From Octopus vulgaris (taxonomy: Eukaryota), in contig OX597816.1 of NCBI GenBank assembly GCA_951406725.2, positions 148,862,001-148,926,000 on the forward strand: DNA of 64,000 nt, written 5' to 3'. Positions 25,249 through 39,399 of the stretch are shown piece after piece. The notes beneath the pieces were generated by a model, which searched no databases, was not told the DNA's origin, and saw only the letters and a list, made by a program, of their open reading frames with translations. The stretch's first letter is position 1; the number at the start of each line of letters is the position of its first letter. Position numbers and translations under genes: made by a program.

Positions 25249-25621
25249 CTTGGTAGTGGGATGATGAAAATTGTACGCTGAAAAATAAATCAAACAGCGT
25301 TTCAACTCTGTGTGAATATATGTGTATGTATGTAAAGGGGGGTATGTGAATGTGTGTGTTTGTGTGTGTGTGTGCGCGCGCAATGGAAGTGGGATGGTTC
25401 ATCTTTGTTCGCTTAGTATTTGGGTTTATTTTTTGATTTGGCTGAATCTTGGTTGATTGCTTTTTTTTCGGTTAGTTATTTTTAGCGTTTTGACAGAAAA
25501 AGGTCATTCTAAAATTGTTTTTTTTATCGTAAGCATGTCCAAACAAGTTCAATGCTTACACAGAGCAGGTTTTACAGCGACATCATCCAAACTGACCGGG
25601 TGAAACAGGGCTTAGCTGCTA

Positions 25622-25659
<38 letters not shown>

Positions 25660-25666
25660 ATATATG

Positions 25667-25700
<34 letters not shown>

Positions 25701-26199
25701 TGTATGTATGTATGTATGTATGTATGTATGTATGTATGTATGTATGTATGTGTGTATATATGCATGTATGCATGTATGTATATTGGAAATAGAAAATAAA
25801 ATGTGCTGCAATCTTTACCATAAAACATTGATGGAAATGTAATCATCGGTTTCATATTTTTAAGGATGTTCTAGACTTAATGGTGTTATAATTTATGATG
25901 CTATAATTTCATGATTTCATAACTAGCTGTTGTTTGCAACGTTGTTATTATTTTATAATTTTATAAGTAGATGTTGACAGTAAACAACGGAAGTTATAAA
26001 TGCATGGCGTTGAAAGTTACGGTAGTAAGTGGGAGGTAATAAAGTAGAATATTAATGTTATTCATTTAATAACAGTAATAAATATAATTGTGCATATTTA
26101 AGCGTGGTCAATATTTTTCAATAAATTTAGACTATTTATTTGTCGTTTTTCAGATGTTCCGTCACTATATTGATAAAAAAGAATCTTTTAAATTCAGTT

Positions 26200-26990
26200 G
26201 ATTTTTGTCAGCAGATATATAACAATATATTCATTAAAAGATAATTCTCAGTAGTCAGGGAATCGAATTTACTCTTAATGTATTCGTTTTTTAATGTCAT
26301 TTCGGTTCGTCTTATATATTTCCCTTCACGTTCCGAGAAAGTAATTATATAAATTAGATTATGCACATGCTTACTGGGTTCGATTCAAACACACACGATA
26401 AACAATTTCAAGAACTTAAAGATACACGTATATTATTCACCATCCTTAATAGATGATAGGATATAACTTGGTGTCCCGATACGAAAAGAAGCAAAACAAA
26501 ACAACACACCTGAAATGAAAATGTTACCATATGTCTCTTTTCACATTCATAGAAACAACGAGGCCTATATATTATTCTTTAAAATGTAAGATACTAAAAA
26601 GGACGCCAAGATAAATCAGCTTCTAGAAACACATGCAAAGCAAAAGATAACTACAATCATGAAAGGAATTTTTAGGAAATGCTAAATTATATACAACAAC
26701 AACAACAGTGCCAAGAGTTAAACATCATGAGCGATCCAGCTGAAGAATGTGTTTAACATCTCCGAAAGTTCGGAAGTTTGTTTTAAACAAACACAATGTT
26801 TCAAAATGATAATTTTATTTGTGCATCAGGAAACCTGATGTATGTAATAACTTGTTCCGGATGACGTTATCAATTTCACAATCAAGAATATATTTTAAAA
26901 AGCGAAACCGGTTGATTATATGAACACGCCATTTCCATTATAAAGTTTTGTAAAGATTTTAGTGCATTTGTCCTCTATTTTCAATATAGT
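26200..26990 (+). mobile_element. Old PLE relic (thumb/linker region plus degenerate hammerhead)
   Basis: Fragments DKQFQELKDT and LPYVSFHIHRNNEA align with RLHELKDT and LPYISTHNPLNNEA of the PLE at 46115-46555; ccggatgacg...aagcgaaaccggtt at 26857-26912 looks like a decayed hammerhead. Confidence 0.5.
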
Positions 26991-27380
26991 ATCTAACGTA
27001 GAGAATTTCGAAATACCTTTTCGTTAGAAATGTGTATGTGTGTCTGTGATTTTGTGTCCGCGGAGTAGGGTGGAGAGAACGGAAAATAGTGTACACACTC
27101 ACAGCTGTCCCTCTTCCGTCACAACTAATATTGTCCCATGGGAGATAGCTCTTCTATGCATCCTGAGAAATATAACTTTCCATCACCTTTTCCCTCCGCT
27201 TTTTATCATCACTGGCTGAAACAGAACTGTATATTTACTTCCATTATAAAAGAGGCTATGCGCTTCCAGCCAGTACATCGGAAAAGTCGTCAATATTTTT
27301 AAGTGGAACAGTTGGCATGGAACCGTCGTAAACATTCTGACCAGTTATATGCAATAATCAGGAATCTACTGCTCCACGAT

Positions 27381-27761
<381 letters not shown>

Positions 27762-29977
27762 GTTTGACTTTTACTTTGTATTTGTATAAATTGACTCCAA
27801 GTCTCACCCAGAGACCTCAAGAGACAAGTTAGAAGTTCAAGTTGGTTTTATGCCTAGGGTGTCATATTTTTGGTTTTGCACATAGTATTGTTCTAGAGAA
27901 TGTTTAAGAAAGCATACGAAAATTATGAGTTTGTTTTAAAATTTGAGATTACATAGACAGTATTTTACGTAGTATATGGGCAGTTCCCATGAGCACTATC
28001 TTTTGAATTTCTGCCATTCTGGGGTTTCCTGGTATCTGATCTGAGTAGGAATCAGTCCTTTTTTCTATCATTCCTAGGGCACCTATGACAATAGGTATTG
28101 TTTTAGTCTTGAGGTTCCACATTTTGCCAATTTTTATTTCAAGATCTTTATACTTTCTCAGAGTTTGGTAGGTCTTGACAGATACTTTTATGTCGATTGA
28201 GACAGTCGTATCAATGACGAAGCATGATTTTTGGCTGATGTCTTTCAGTATAATGTCTGGACTATTCGCATCTATCTTTCTGTCAGTTTGAAGGGTGAAG
28301 TTCCAGAGGAGTGAGATGTGATTATTTTCAAGCACTGGAGGTGGTTTGTGTTCCCACCAGTCTTTATCATGGAGCAGATCCAGGTTTGTTTCAAAATACC
28401 CAGTAAATATATTATGCTGCTCTATCATACCTGTTGAGATACTTTGTAGGCGCGAGAAGACTGCACATGGAGTCAACATGATCGATGGTTTCATTTTGTT
28501 ATTGACATACACATGTTGGGCTACTGCCGTTCTTTAATATGTTGGCCTGGTAGTTTCTTGGGGGTATGCATTGATCTTGAGCTGCTATGATAAACCCTTC
28601 TGTTTCTGATTTTAAGCCAGAAGACACTAACCATTGATGGGTAAGGGCTTTGTGAACATCGGCACTATTAGCTCTCTTTAGGTATTTGCCATTGAGAGGC
28701 TTTTCTTGCCATTTATCAGTAAGAATATCTAAGGCAGCAGTTTTAGCACGGGTTTTCATACGCTTAGCTTTTTCTGTGCGTCTAATTTTGGAATCTGTTG
28801 TATATGGAATTCACTTAGATATTCCTCTGCCTGTTTTGTTACTGAGTATGATGCTTTCTTGTTTTCATGCTTTGAGACAAGTTTAATATCCAGTCACCAG
28901 AGTTTTTCAGGTAGGTGTCTAGGCCAATTGTTAATTCCAGTTGTAAAAGTCCACGGCTACCCTCTTTTTTCTTGGCAGGTAAAGTCGTTCTATATCTGCC
29001 TTAGGGTGGTGCATTCTATGCATTGTCAACAATTTTCGTATTTTTCTGTCAAGATTACATATTTCAGTAATTGACCAGTTAACGATATTGAAACTGTAAG
29101 TCACATTGGTATGCCTAAAGTATTGATCGCTTCGATCGTGTTTCTTGCATTCAGCTCTCTCTCTTGAGTATTGCCCTTATCCTGCGATAACATTCTATTC
29201 TGATCCTTTCCTTCGTCACTGAATGTTTGATTCCGTCCCCTTCATATACCCCTAGGCATTTGTACCTCTCCGCTGGTTCTAATTCCTTTATGACATTCTG
29301 CTGGTCAAGATTAACATTGGATGTTTCTGTCATTTTTTCCTTTGATAAAGGTAGCTTTTTCACATTTATCGAGGCCAAATTGCATCCTGATGTCATCACT
29401 GAATTGTTTAACAATTGCTAGTAAGCTCTGTAGTTGTTGGTCATTTTTTGCAAAGAGCTTTAAATCATCCATGTAAATGAGATTATCTGTATTTTTATCA
29501 AACATTTTATAACCGTACTGTACATCATTGAGCAATTTCGAGAGAGGTATTAAGGCTACTCAAAGGAAGAGTGGTGATAAAGAGTCACCCTGGAAAATGC
29601 CACATGAAATTCTTACATCTCCAGCATGAAGAGATTCATTGTCACTGTTCAAAGTCAGTGTGGTTCTCCATGATCTCATACTTACAGATAAGAAGTTTCG
29701 CAGAGTAGGTGCTATTTCATACATTTTCAGATATTTCTTAATCCAGCTCTGTGGTATACTATCAAAAGCTTTTTTATAGTCTATTCAGACTATCGACAAG
29801 TTTTTTTCTGTCGTTTGTGACAATCTTCCAAGATCATCTTATTGATGAGTAGCTGATCTTTACAACCATAGAACCCACGTTTACATCCTTTTTGCTCATT
29901 AGGGAATATGCCACTTTCTATTTTAAAAAACTATAGGTATATTCAATCAAGACAGATGCTGGCATTTTATACATTGT
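27762..29977 (-). mobile_element. R4/Dong-like RLE LINE, 5'-truncated, frameshifted
   Basis: RT motifs EQKGCKRG.YGCKDQLLINK, GIFQGDSLSP, IYMDDLKLFAK, FGLDKC, LKSETEGFIIAAQDQ; RLE domain PDIILKD..VID..KYKDL..IPIVIGALG; stop at 27949; (TAA)n tail. Confidence 0.9.
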
Positions 29978-30480
29978 ACAGAGACAAGCTGTACAGACAC
30001 GGAAGTGCTGTCAAACGGACCTGTCCGAGGAGTGCGCAGGGTGACAAAACCGTCCTGCATGCACTCGTTCAGTGTCCGTTCATTACTGACTTGTGGAGCT
30101 TTGTCGAACAGGTGTTGTCACGTGTAGGACGGATCCGGTTATCAGCCGAGTCCATCGTGAAGATCGCCCCGCTGCTTTCTTTTGACCGGGAAGAAAAGGC
30201 AGTTTTCCTCTGACTGGTGGCTATGGCGTAGGAGGTAGTGTGGTGGACGAGACTGAAAGTACTGAAGACATACTCTCCTCTTCGGTCAAGCCCTCAATGA
30301 TTTTTTTCGAGTTCCACTTGAAAAAGAAAGTGAGAGTAGATAAGGAAGTTCTGCCCACCTCCCAATTTTTGAAAGGAGAATGCGTGTGGCGAGGATGACC
30401 AATTTGAATGGGCCTACTCTGAACTTTCGTTTGTAAACCGGAGGAGTTGATAAGGCGAGAGGTGCCTACTGGGGTGCATC
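29978..30480 (+). mobile_element. L1/Tx1-like LINE 3' fragment (zf-RVT region)
   Basis: RDKLYRHG...TCPRSAQGDKTVLHALVQCP...LWSFVEQVL...VVWWTR resembles the C..C....ET..H....C.....W zinc-binding motif of L1/Tx1 ORF2. Confidence 0.7.
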
Positions 30481-30702
30481 TGGCGGTCGTGATAACCAGA
30501 ATGTTATTTCTATTATTGCTGCTATCTAGGAGATTTGTTAGAGCGCCAGAAAAATTACTTGGCAGCATTTGTTCCAGCTCTTTACACTCTGAGCTCAAAT
30601 CCTGCCGCGGACTTTGCTTTTCTTCTGTCGAGGGGAATAGAATAACCAATCGAGTACTAGAGTCGATTACTAGCATTGGTCAAAAATTTGAAACAAATAA
30701 AA

Positions 30703-30935
30703 CGGCGAGCTGGTAGAAACGTTAGCACTCCGGGCGAAATGCTTAGAGGTATTTCGTCCGCCGCAACGTTCTGAGTTCAAATTCCGCCGAGGTCGACTTT
30801 GCCTTTCATCCTTTCGGGGTCGATTAAATAAGTACCAGTTACGCACTGGGGTCGATGTAATCGACTTAATCCGTTTGTCTGTCCTTGTTTGTCCCCTCTG
30901 TGTGTAGCCCCTTGTCGGTTGTAAAGAAATAAGAA
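30703..30935 (+). mobile_element. Nin-domain SINE, young copy, flanked by two older tandem copies (30500-30690, 30936-31130)
   Basis: Near-identical to the reverse complement of 34430-34663. Confidence 0.88.
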
Positions 30936-32100
30936 TCCTTAGCACGTCGAGCAAAATACTTAGCAACATATATTCGGCTCTTTACGTTCTGAGTTCAAAT
31001 CCCGCTGAAGTGAACTTTGCGTCTCATCCTTTCGGGATCGACAAAATAAAGTATCACAAATACTGAGGTAGATGTTATCTACTAACCCCTTTCCTCTAAA
31101 AATGCTGGCTTTGCGCCAAAATTTGACGCCATTATTACTCTACGATTTCTGACGTTGGTATAAAGCCACGCATTCTGGGGTCAGGCAAGGACTTTAACCC
31201 ACAGGTTCAATTAGAATATTTGCCTAGTTTTTATTTTATCTACTCTGGAAGGATGAAAGATGACATTTCAAATCGTAAATAATATGAAGAGGGCGGAGGA
31301 TGAAAAGTAGTAGTAGTAGTAGTAGTAGTGCAAACATAACAATAAGAACAACGAAAATTAAAAGAACGGAAGAAATGAGAACGAGATAGATATCTACAAA
31401 AAACAACAGAAGCAACAATCAATAAAATAAAATAAAATGAAAAACAATAACAGCCTCAGAAAACGTAGAAGAAATACAACCAAATTTAGAGGAATAATAG
31501 AAACAAATAACATCTGAACCTGCAGACTTCAGAAGAAACGACCGAAAGGAAGAATTTAATTACTCTGTAAAACTATTGGTACTGCTTCTATTACTTTGTT
31601 TTGGTTTACCAGAATTTTCTCGGCAATGATGCGAAAAGTAATTTTAATAATTAGTTACTTTGTTTTCGGAGATAACGAGGCCATACAGTGTCGTTTGTGA
31701 AACTCATTTAGAAAGCCATTTATAACGCTATGTCTCAGGGGTCGTTGAGCTGACACAGAGAGGTAGAGAACTGGCACCAGGTGTAAAAGAGAGCTTACGA
31801 TTCTTCACTGAAACACATATATTTAGACGAGTGACACAAACGTTTTCAAGTTCAAATCCTACTAATGTTCATGTGTTTGTTTGTTATTCTTCTAGAGTGA
31901 TATACAAGAAATAACCAAAACTAATTCAGCATCCTGTTCACCCACTTTTTGTCGAGTGTCATGCAGTACGTGCCAGTGACAGTGGTTTCAATTCTCGCAC
32001 GTTGCTCTTTCCCTTCACTTGACGTATAACAACTCTTTCTAATTTCGTTTTTGGATTTGGTTTGCAAGATTCTTTATATGAGTTCGTGTGTTGAAGCATA

Positions 32101-32337
32101 TTCTGTTGTGTCTGGGGAGATCATTTTCTTTTTGTGCCTTATTATTTAACACACTCACCGGTAAAATTTCCACTTTTTTTTCTTATTTTTTAGAGTCAAA
32201 ACTATTGAAAAGGTTGCAACACACAACGAAAGTTTTAGGAAAATAAAAAATAAGAATAAGAGTGGAAATTTTTATCAGTGATTATTTTAAATAATAAGGC
32301 ACAAAAAAGAAAATGACTCTCCCCAGACACAACAGAA
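32101..32337. mobile_element. MITE-like fold-back with ~90-bp inverted arms
   Basis: ttctgttgtgtctggggaga.tcattttctttttgtgccttattatttaa inverted with ttaaataataaggcacaaaaaagaaaatgactctccccagacacaacagaa. Confidence 0.8.
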
Positions 32338-32900
32338 CTCTTTCTAAATTTGGCACAAAACCAGCAAATTTAATGGGAGGGGGAAAACGATCACATCCAC
32401 CCCAATGTTTAAGTAGGACTTATTTTATCGACTCCGAAAGGATGAAATGCAAAGTCGACCTCAGTACAAAGGAATGTAAACTCAGATCGTAAAGCCGGAA
32501 GAAATACCACAAAGTATTTTGTCCAACATGCTAACGATTCTGCCACTTCGCCGCCTTCCCTTGGTGTATAACAATAACGGTAAATATGTATACGCCGCGC
32601 GACCTTTCAAAATGAGCAGATTAAATTCCTTCAGATCACATATTTATGTAAACATACACCTCTCCTGCGAATATTCACATCGGCAGTTTTGGCTGTACAT
32701 ACACAATGGACTTTGGAATTTACCTTGTTTCATGAATAAGCAATTCGATCGCTGTTTTTCTTACTATATTATTGACTGCACGAATTTCTCCTGGTGTTGG
32801 AACGTCCTAGATTAAAGCAATTACTATACACATTACATATTTCATTTTATTTCGATATCTCTTACATATTTCCCTTAAAAATTAAAATTTTATTTTTACA

Positions 32901-35050
32901 ATGCCTAAAAGAGTGTTTATATTTTACGAAAGACCTCAAGAACTAAAACAAACTTTGTACTAGCAGAGTAAAATGTGATCATTATTTGCAGAGTTCTTTG
33001 TGGTGCATAGTGGCAAATCTTTTATCAAAGATCATTTTAAACCTCAAAGGCGCAAAACTAGTTTTCTTGCTAGCTTGTCACTTTCAGACACTTTTATAAA
33101 AAATCAGAAATAATCGAATTGGAGCATCTCTCGGTCGCTCGGGAAGCCACTTTTGCTATTCATGTCATTTCTCATAAATTGAGCTTCAATACATCCGACT
33201 GTTCATCAAAGTTGGTATCAAAACATTTTGAGCCAAACTTTCGTCTTGCGTAGACAAAATAAGAAGCCGTTATTTTAAATAGATTTACCCCAATGGCTAA
33301 ATCCGAGCTTCTAAAGACCTAGCTGGGATAAATTTTGTGACAATTTCTATGGATGCTTCGAACTGAAAAGATGTTAAAATATTTTTCATTATTTGATATT
33401 ACATTCTCGGTTAAAGGTACGAGTCAAATTATTGGATATTCAAACTGTTTCAGTTGAGACGGCTGAGATCTTGACTAATGCCTTAGTGTCGGCTATTGAC
33501 AATCATGGGTTGATAGAAAAGTCGTTGGATTTTTTGTGGGAACCATAGCAATGCAAATTTTGGTGTACAACAAAAAAGGCAAGAGCAACATATTTAATCG
33601 ATTAAAAAACCAACTTGAAAGGGGCCTTGTCTGCATTGGACATACTTGCACGCATTGCGCACAGCTGTCTTCAAACTGCTTTTGATGTATTATTAACTGA
33701 TGTCGAAGCACTAATTGTGAAAACTTCCAAATATTTTCACATATACACAGTTCGTAGAACACAGCTAAGACAATTTTGTCATTTTGCTGGAGTAGAATAC
33801 AGAAAGCTATTACATAGTGATACCAAATCTTTTTAATGCTACCAGCGGTTGAAAGGATTCTTAATATTTTTGCAGGCATAAAATCTTACTCTTATTCCCA
33901 AGAACACAGCTCAGAACTGATAAAACAATTCTTTGAAAAGGATTTTGGAGAAATATATTTATGGTTTGTAAATGGACAGCTTAACCTTTTCAACAAATCG
34001 ATTCTGGCCATGGAGAAAGGCAATTCCAACGCAGCCGTTATCAAACTAGACATGCAAAATCAGATTATAAATATAGAAGAAAGGTAAAAACGGCGAATTT
34101 ATGTTTCAACATTCAAAGGCCTTGCTGAGAAATGAGGAAAGCACTGAAAAGGTGAAGACAGAATTTTAAATTTTTTATGAAAGATGCCTTTTGCACCTAG
34201 AGCTATGGAAAGGGGATTTTAAACAGGTGGAAGACTGTGTTGTTAAATTCTGAAGACATTTTGGTCCATGTTCAGCAGTAGGCTGCAGTTAAGATCAAGC
34301 AAAAATTGGAAGGCAACAATTTCGTGGGACAGGTAATCGATTACATAGTCCCCAGTGCTCGAAAGGATCGACTTCAGTGGAATTTGAACTCAGAATGTTA
34401 TTACATTCTGAGTTCGAACGGACGAAATGCCTATTTCTTTACTACCCACAAGGAGCTAAACACAGAGGGGACAAACAAGGACAGACAAACGGATTAAGTC
34501 GATTACATCGACCCCAGTGCGTAACTGGTACTTAATTTATCGACCTCGAAAGGATGAAAGGCAAAGTCGACCTCGGCGGAATTTGAACTCAGAACGTAAC
34601 GGCAGACGAAATACGGCTACGCATTTCGCCCGGTGTACTAACGTTTCTGCCAGCTCGCCGCCTTAAAAGCAAAAAGTAAATATTGATCAGTTAATTGTTG
34701 TTATGGCAAAGAGCTTTTGAGCTTCTAGGGTATAAATTTGGATAATACGTAATGTTAAGTATGAAAAAAATAGCTTTTTTATAATTTTTCATTGTAAAAA
34801 TTACATTTTAGTCAAAAATCTTAGTGCTGTAGTAGAATATATTCTTTGTCTTCCTGGTACTTCTGCACCAGTTGAACCAGTGTGTTTTCTGTAATAAATA
34901 ATGTGAGGTTAGATATATGACAGAAACTATAGTCACGGGTCTTCTGATGACTAAAATGAACGTTCCACTAAACTGCTCAGAATTTTTGAGAAAATTAAAA
35001 ATGATAATGAAGATGTTAGAAAAATAGTTTCAAGTGAAAAATATGAAAGA
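32901..35050 (+). pseudogene. hAT-superfamily transposase pseudogene interrupted by SINEs at 34320-34663
   Basis: Starts MPKR; ARIAHSCLQTAFDVL..DVEALIVK..KYFHIYTVR...FCHFAGVEY, LPAVERILNIFAGIKSY, and C-terminal AVVEYILCLPGTSAPVE (hAT dimerization motif); many stops and frameshifts. Confidence 0.8.
34320..34663 (-). mobile_element. Nin-domain SINE (young, 34430-34663) next to an older partial copy
   Basis: Reverse complement of 30703-30935; interrupts the hAT relic. Confidence 0.88.
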
Positions 35051-35089
35051 ACTGGTAATTGAATAAAATATTTTTTGATAACAATAGAC

Positions 35090-35205
35090 GCAGGCGTGAC
35101 TGTCTGGTACGAAGCTTGCTTCCCAATCACCTGGCTCCGGGTTCGGTCCCACTGTGTGGCACCTTCGGCAAGTGTCTTGAAAGAAACCTGTCGTGTGTGT
35201 ATATA

Positions 35206-35276
<71 letters not shown>

Positions 35277-35500
35277 ATGTATGTATGTATGTATATATGC
35301 ATGTATATATCTGTGTGTGTGTTTTTGTGGCTGCGTTTGTCCTCCCATCACCGCTTAAAAACCGGTGTCGATGTGTTTACGTCCCCGTAACTTAGCGGTT
35401 CGCCAAGAAATCGATAGAATAAGTAATAAATTCTTGGGGCCGATTCGGTCGACTAAAACCCTTCAGTCAAATGACTGAAACAAGTAAAAGAATAAAAGAA
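35090..35500 (+). mobile_element. CORE-like SINE with internal (TA)n
   Basis: Colinear with 6839-7250. Confidence 0.83.
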
Positions 35501-36047
35501 CATAAAAAAATATATGAAGTTAAATGTATTTTTTAAATGCTTCTGTTCTGCTTGACAATACTTGCATGCATGTTCTGTCAAGTAAAATATCTCTGACTAG
35601 TGGGATGAGGGGAATCACAGTCTCTTAATACTGAACCCAAGTGATGTGCCTTTTGAGACCTACGTGGTCTCGATTTCAGCTCCCATTGATTCTGGTTTCA
35701 CCTCCCATTGGTCCTGGTTTCACCTCTGAAAATTATTGTCAGCGTTCAGAGTATCCAAAAAAAAAAGGTGTACACACAGTCAATGATTATAACGTTTAAT
35801 GTTTATTAAAACATTTCATTTTCAAAATTTAAAAGAATCTACGCATGGAATTTACTCGTTTTCAAACAACTTGCTCAAGCATAGCTGACAACGGGATGCA
35901 AAGGAATCGTAAGTATCAAGAAACATTTGACTTCGGCATTTGTGCGCATTTCTTATTGCTTAGGAAGGACCTTTGATTCCTTTATATACAATAATATAAA
36001 GTAATCATAGGTCCTTTATATATATTGTATTTATAGTATATATCTAT

Positions 36048-36048
<1 letters not shown>

Positions 36049-36146
<98 letters not shown>
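36049..36146. repeat. (GATA)n microsatellite
   Basis: Directly visible. Confidence 0.96.
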
Positions 36147-36159
36147 TTTAGATATACTT

Positions 36160-36495
36160 TTACTCTTTTATTCTGTTTTTACTTGATTCAATCTTTTGAC
36201 TGCGGCCATGCTGGAACACCGCCTTTAGTCGAGCAAATTGACCCCAGGACTTATTCTTTGTAAGCCTAGTACTTATTCTATCGTTACAGGGACATAAACA
36301 CACTAGCATATTTGGGGAACAAACACACACACACACACATATATATATGTATATACGGCGGGCTTCTTTCAGTTTCCGTTTACCAAATCTACCCACAAGG
36401 CTTTGGTGGGCCCGAGGCTACAGTAGAAGACACTTGCCCAAGGTGCCACGTAGTAAGACTAAACCCGGAATTATGTGGTTGGTAAGCAAACTACT
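36160..36495 (-). mobile_element. CORE-like SINE
   Basis: Reverse complement of the family (ccttgggcaagtgtctt core; ccagcatggccgcagtcaaa tail). Confidence 0.83.
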
Positions 36496-36589
36496 TTATT
36501 TCAAAATTTTGCCATAAAGGCATAACATAGAGGGGACACTATGAAACATGTGGGGACATATAACAATTAAAAAAGTATATAAAAATAAA

Positions 36590-36935
36590 ATGTGATACCT
36601 TAAAATTTCAAATAGCTCCATACAGCAAGGTTTGCATCCGTATCTATTGTTTAAGTACGGTTTAGCGACCCTAATGATGTCCCAACTTAAACCAAATTTA
36701 GCATTGTCGCCTTTGATCTCCCAGATCTTCTTGGCTAGAGACGTCCTGCCAGCCCAATGTCTTAATTTAAAAGATGAATAGTGGTTGCGTTAGCATCCCT
36801 TAAGATTTACGGAGCAGCCAATATAAGTGTAAGTATTGGTCTCTGTAATAACGTCACACTTGTAAACCATGTTCTGCTCTAAAAATCGAGCCGGAAGCGG
36901 ACAAGATGTTTTGTCTAAGCAATTACACCCAATAT
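36590..36935 (-). mobile_element. PLE fragment, Naiad-type GIY-YIG endonuclease
   Basis: Manual translation GCNCLDKTSCPLPARFLEQNMVYKCDV...TYIGCSVNLKGC*RNHYSSFK...TSLAKKIWEIK...SWDIIRVAKPY...CKPCCMELFEIL; one TAA stop. Confidence 0.75.
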
Positions 36936-37309
36936 TTTCTAATAATTTAAATTTATTATTAGGGGGGGGTTATTATTGGATAATAGTTCAATTTCTGGAT
37001 AGTCATTGGTATTCGTGTTTATATTAGCAGGATTACTATTATAATTAAGATTAGTTAGCGAGTCGTGGATCGGAGACTGATGATACAGGGCGTTGACATT
37101 GGGGATTTGGCTTACGGGTAGTGACGCAAGAAAGTAGAGGGTGGGTGGTTGGTATAATGGAAAGATTTTCAGCACTATTTTCATTTTTCCAGAAACCACA
37201 AAAAAACCTTTGGCTGTTTCATTTTTATTGCGGACTCATCAACAGATCTTGTGAATGTTGCCTCTGAATTATTTAATCTCTCTAAGTAATTATATTGCAA
37301 TAATATAAT

Positions 37310-37628
37310 AACAGAAGGAGTTGAATTTTTACTTATGCCACAACGATACCCCAGGTCTGTTTCATTTTGTTACTCAGGGTAGTGAAATATATCATTCCAT
37401 AGTATTTAGGTGAACTCGACTGTTGTGAGTTCACCTAAATATCAAAAGTCAAAAGCCTACTCTGAGTTTTGCCCTTGGTTGTGCATGAAAGTTGTGAATA
37501 ACCAATGATGAAACAGAACAGACTGTCAACTTTTGATATCATACTTTGTGCGTGTATGTGTGTACATATATAAATATATACTTATATTTGCATATATATA
37601 TTTTCAATATATATATATATATGTGTTG

Positions 37629-37702
<74 letters not shown>

Positions 37703-38618
37703 TATTTACATTAACATATGTGTGTGTGTCTGTGTGTGTATGTATATGTGTCTGCATAAATACACATACACACACACACACGCATATATATCTATATATT
37801 CATGTATATACATGCATGCTTATTGCATACACATACGTGTATGCAATACTATAAACAGGTTACACCATAACAAACAACACACACACACACGGAAGCATTC
37901 TCTTACACATAAACCTACCTCAAAGATTACATAGACACATTCAAAACCAAAATAAAAACACTCACATAAGACACACTCACACGTACGTCTCTCTTTCTCT
38001 TTCTTTCTCTCAAACACATACACACAAACATATACTCCATTAACACAAACACGCAAACATCATCGTGCCATCACTACATACTGACGTAAGCAGACAATCA
38101 CGCTATGGAGGTGGTCGGGTCACGTGACTTACTGATAACCTCATAATTGAATATGTTATAAATATTTTCCTGTAGACTCAAACCAATCTATTTACAGACT
38201 AGACCAGCTACAGTTTTAGCTGGCAGGCTGATTGATGGCTGATGGCTGATTAAGCAGGTGAAGGGGGTGAGAAGTTGAAAGAGGAAAGCACTTTTGCGGG
38301 AGGCAGCCATGTTTCGAGTTTCAATTGACGCGAAATTCCTTCAATCACACTTCAAACGCTTTTAGAAAAATCATAAATACCACAATAGGAAATTCCTTAC
38401 CGATGGTTGATAGATTAAACAAGATAACGTACCGGTAGCGATTCAGTGTTTCGCTTCTTATTGTCATCGACATCGCTTTGTCCCAGGCCAAAGCAAGAGC
38501 TAAATTCACCAAAGTATCATAGAATGATATATTTCACTACTCTGCGCAACAATAGCAGCACAGTAAAATAGACTCGGAGTATAGTTGGAGTATGATTAAA
38601 AGTTCAATTCCTTCTGTT
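37310..38618. mobile_element. Non-autonomous fold-back DNA element (~1.3 kb) with ~110-bp imperfect inverted arms
   Basis: aacagaaggagttgaattttta / taaaagttcaattccttctgtt and gtagtgaaatatatcattc / gaatgatatatttcactac are reverse complements; interior has microsatellites and a CpG-containing segment. Confidence 0.65.
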
Positions 38619-39399
38619 GAAGGTTATTTGCTGCTATAGACTACCACCTTATCCAGGGGGAAATTTCTCTCTCCTCCGCTTTATTTTACAGAAACCTAAA
38701 TTAAATGCATATTTAGCGAGGGAAGTCGCTAATGAAGATATCAACACTTTAATGACTGGACTGAGTCATTAATCCAATGGATGTAAAATACCTCTGTGCA
38801 GTAACAACAACACTTGTGTCCGTGCGTGAACAACTTTGTATCCAAAGTTTTATTCAGATGTGTAACAAACAGATTCATACTGTGAGTACATGATATTCAA
38901 TAAAGTTATCTGGGATTGAAGTAAAAGGTTCTGAACATCTTACCATGTTCCACGATGACAGTGAGAAAATAGGAGGAATTCAAACTACAATAATTACTTT
39001 TGACAGGCACTAGGCATAGAATACCATAGCGATTTGCTGGTAGGAAAGAATATCGAATCCGTGTGCCTAGCTCTCTCTCTGGTGTTGACCATGTCGCGTC
39101 TTAGAGAAGAAGAGAGAAATTCAATTGGAATTCGCTCTTAAGTAGGCGATATTGTTTCTAACGCCGTCTTGTGTGTGGTTTAGTAGTTACGCCTTGTATA
39201 CTAGCAAAGGGGTAGCTAACCAATGTTTGCTTGGAATGTTCTAGAACATTCGACAGGGGAGATAACTGTAGTTCACGCCCAATAAATATTTTGCAGGCTA
39301 CGAACCTGTTTCAAATAGTGTTGCCTACACATACTTACGTGAAATGATTGATATAAATTGTATAGGCTTTGAATCTAGTTGAATAGAAACCAAAATTTT

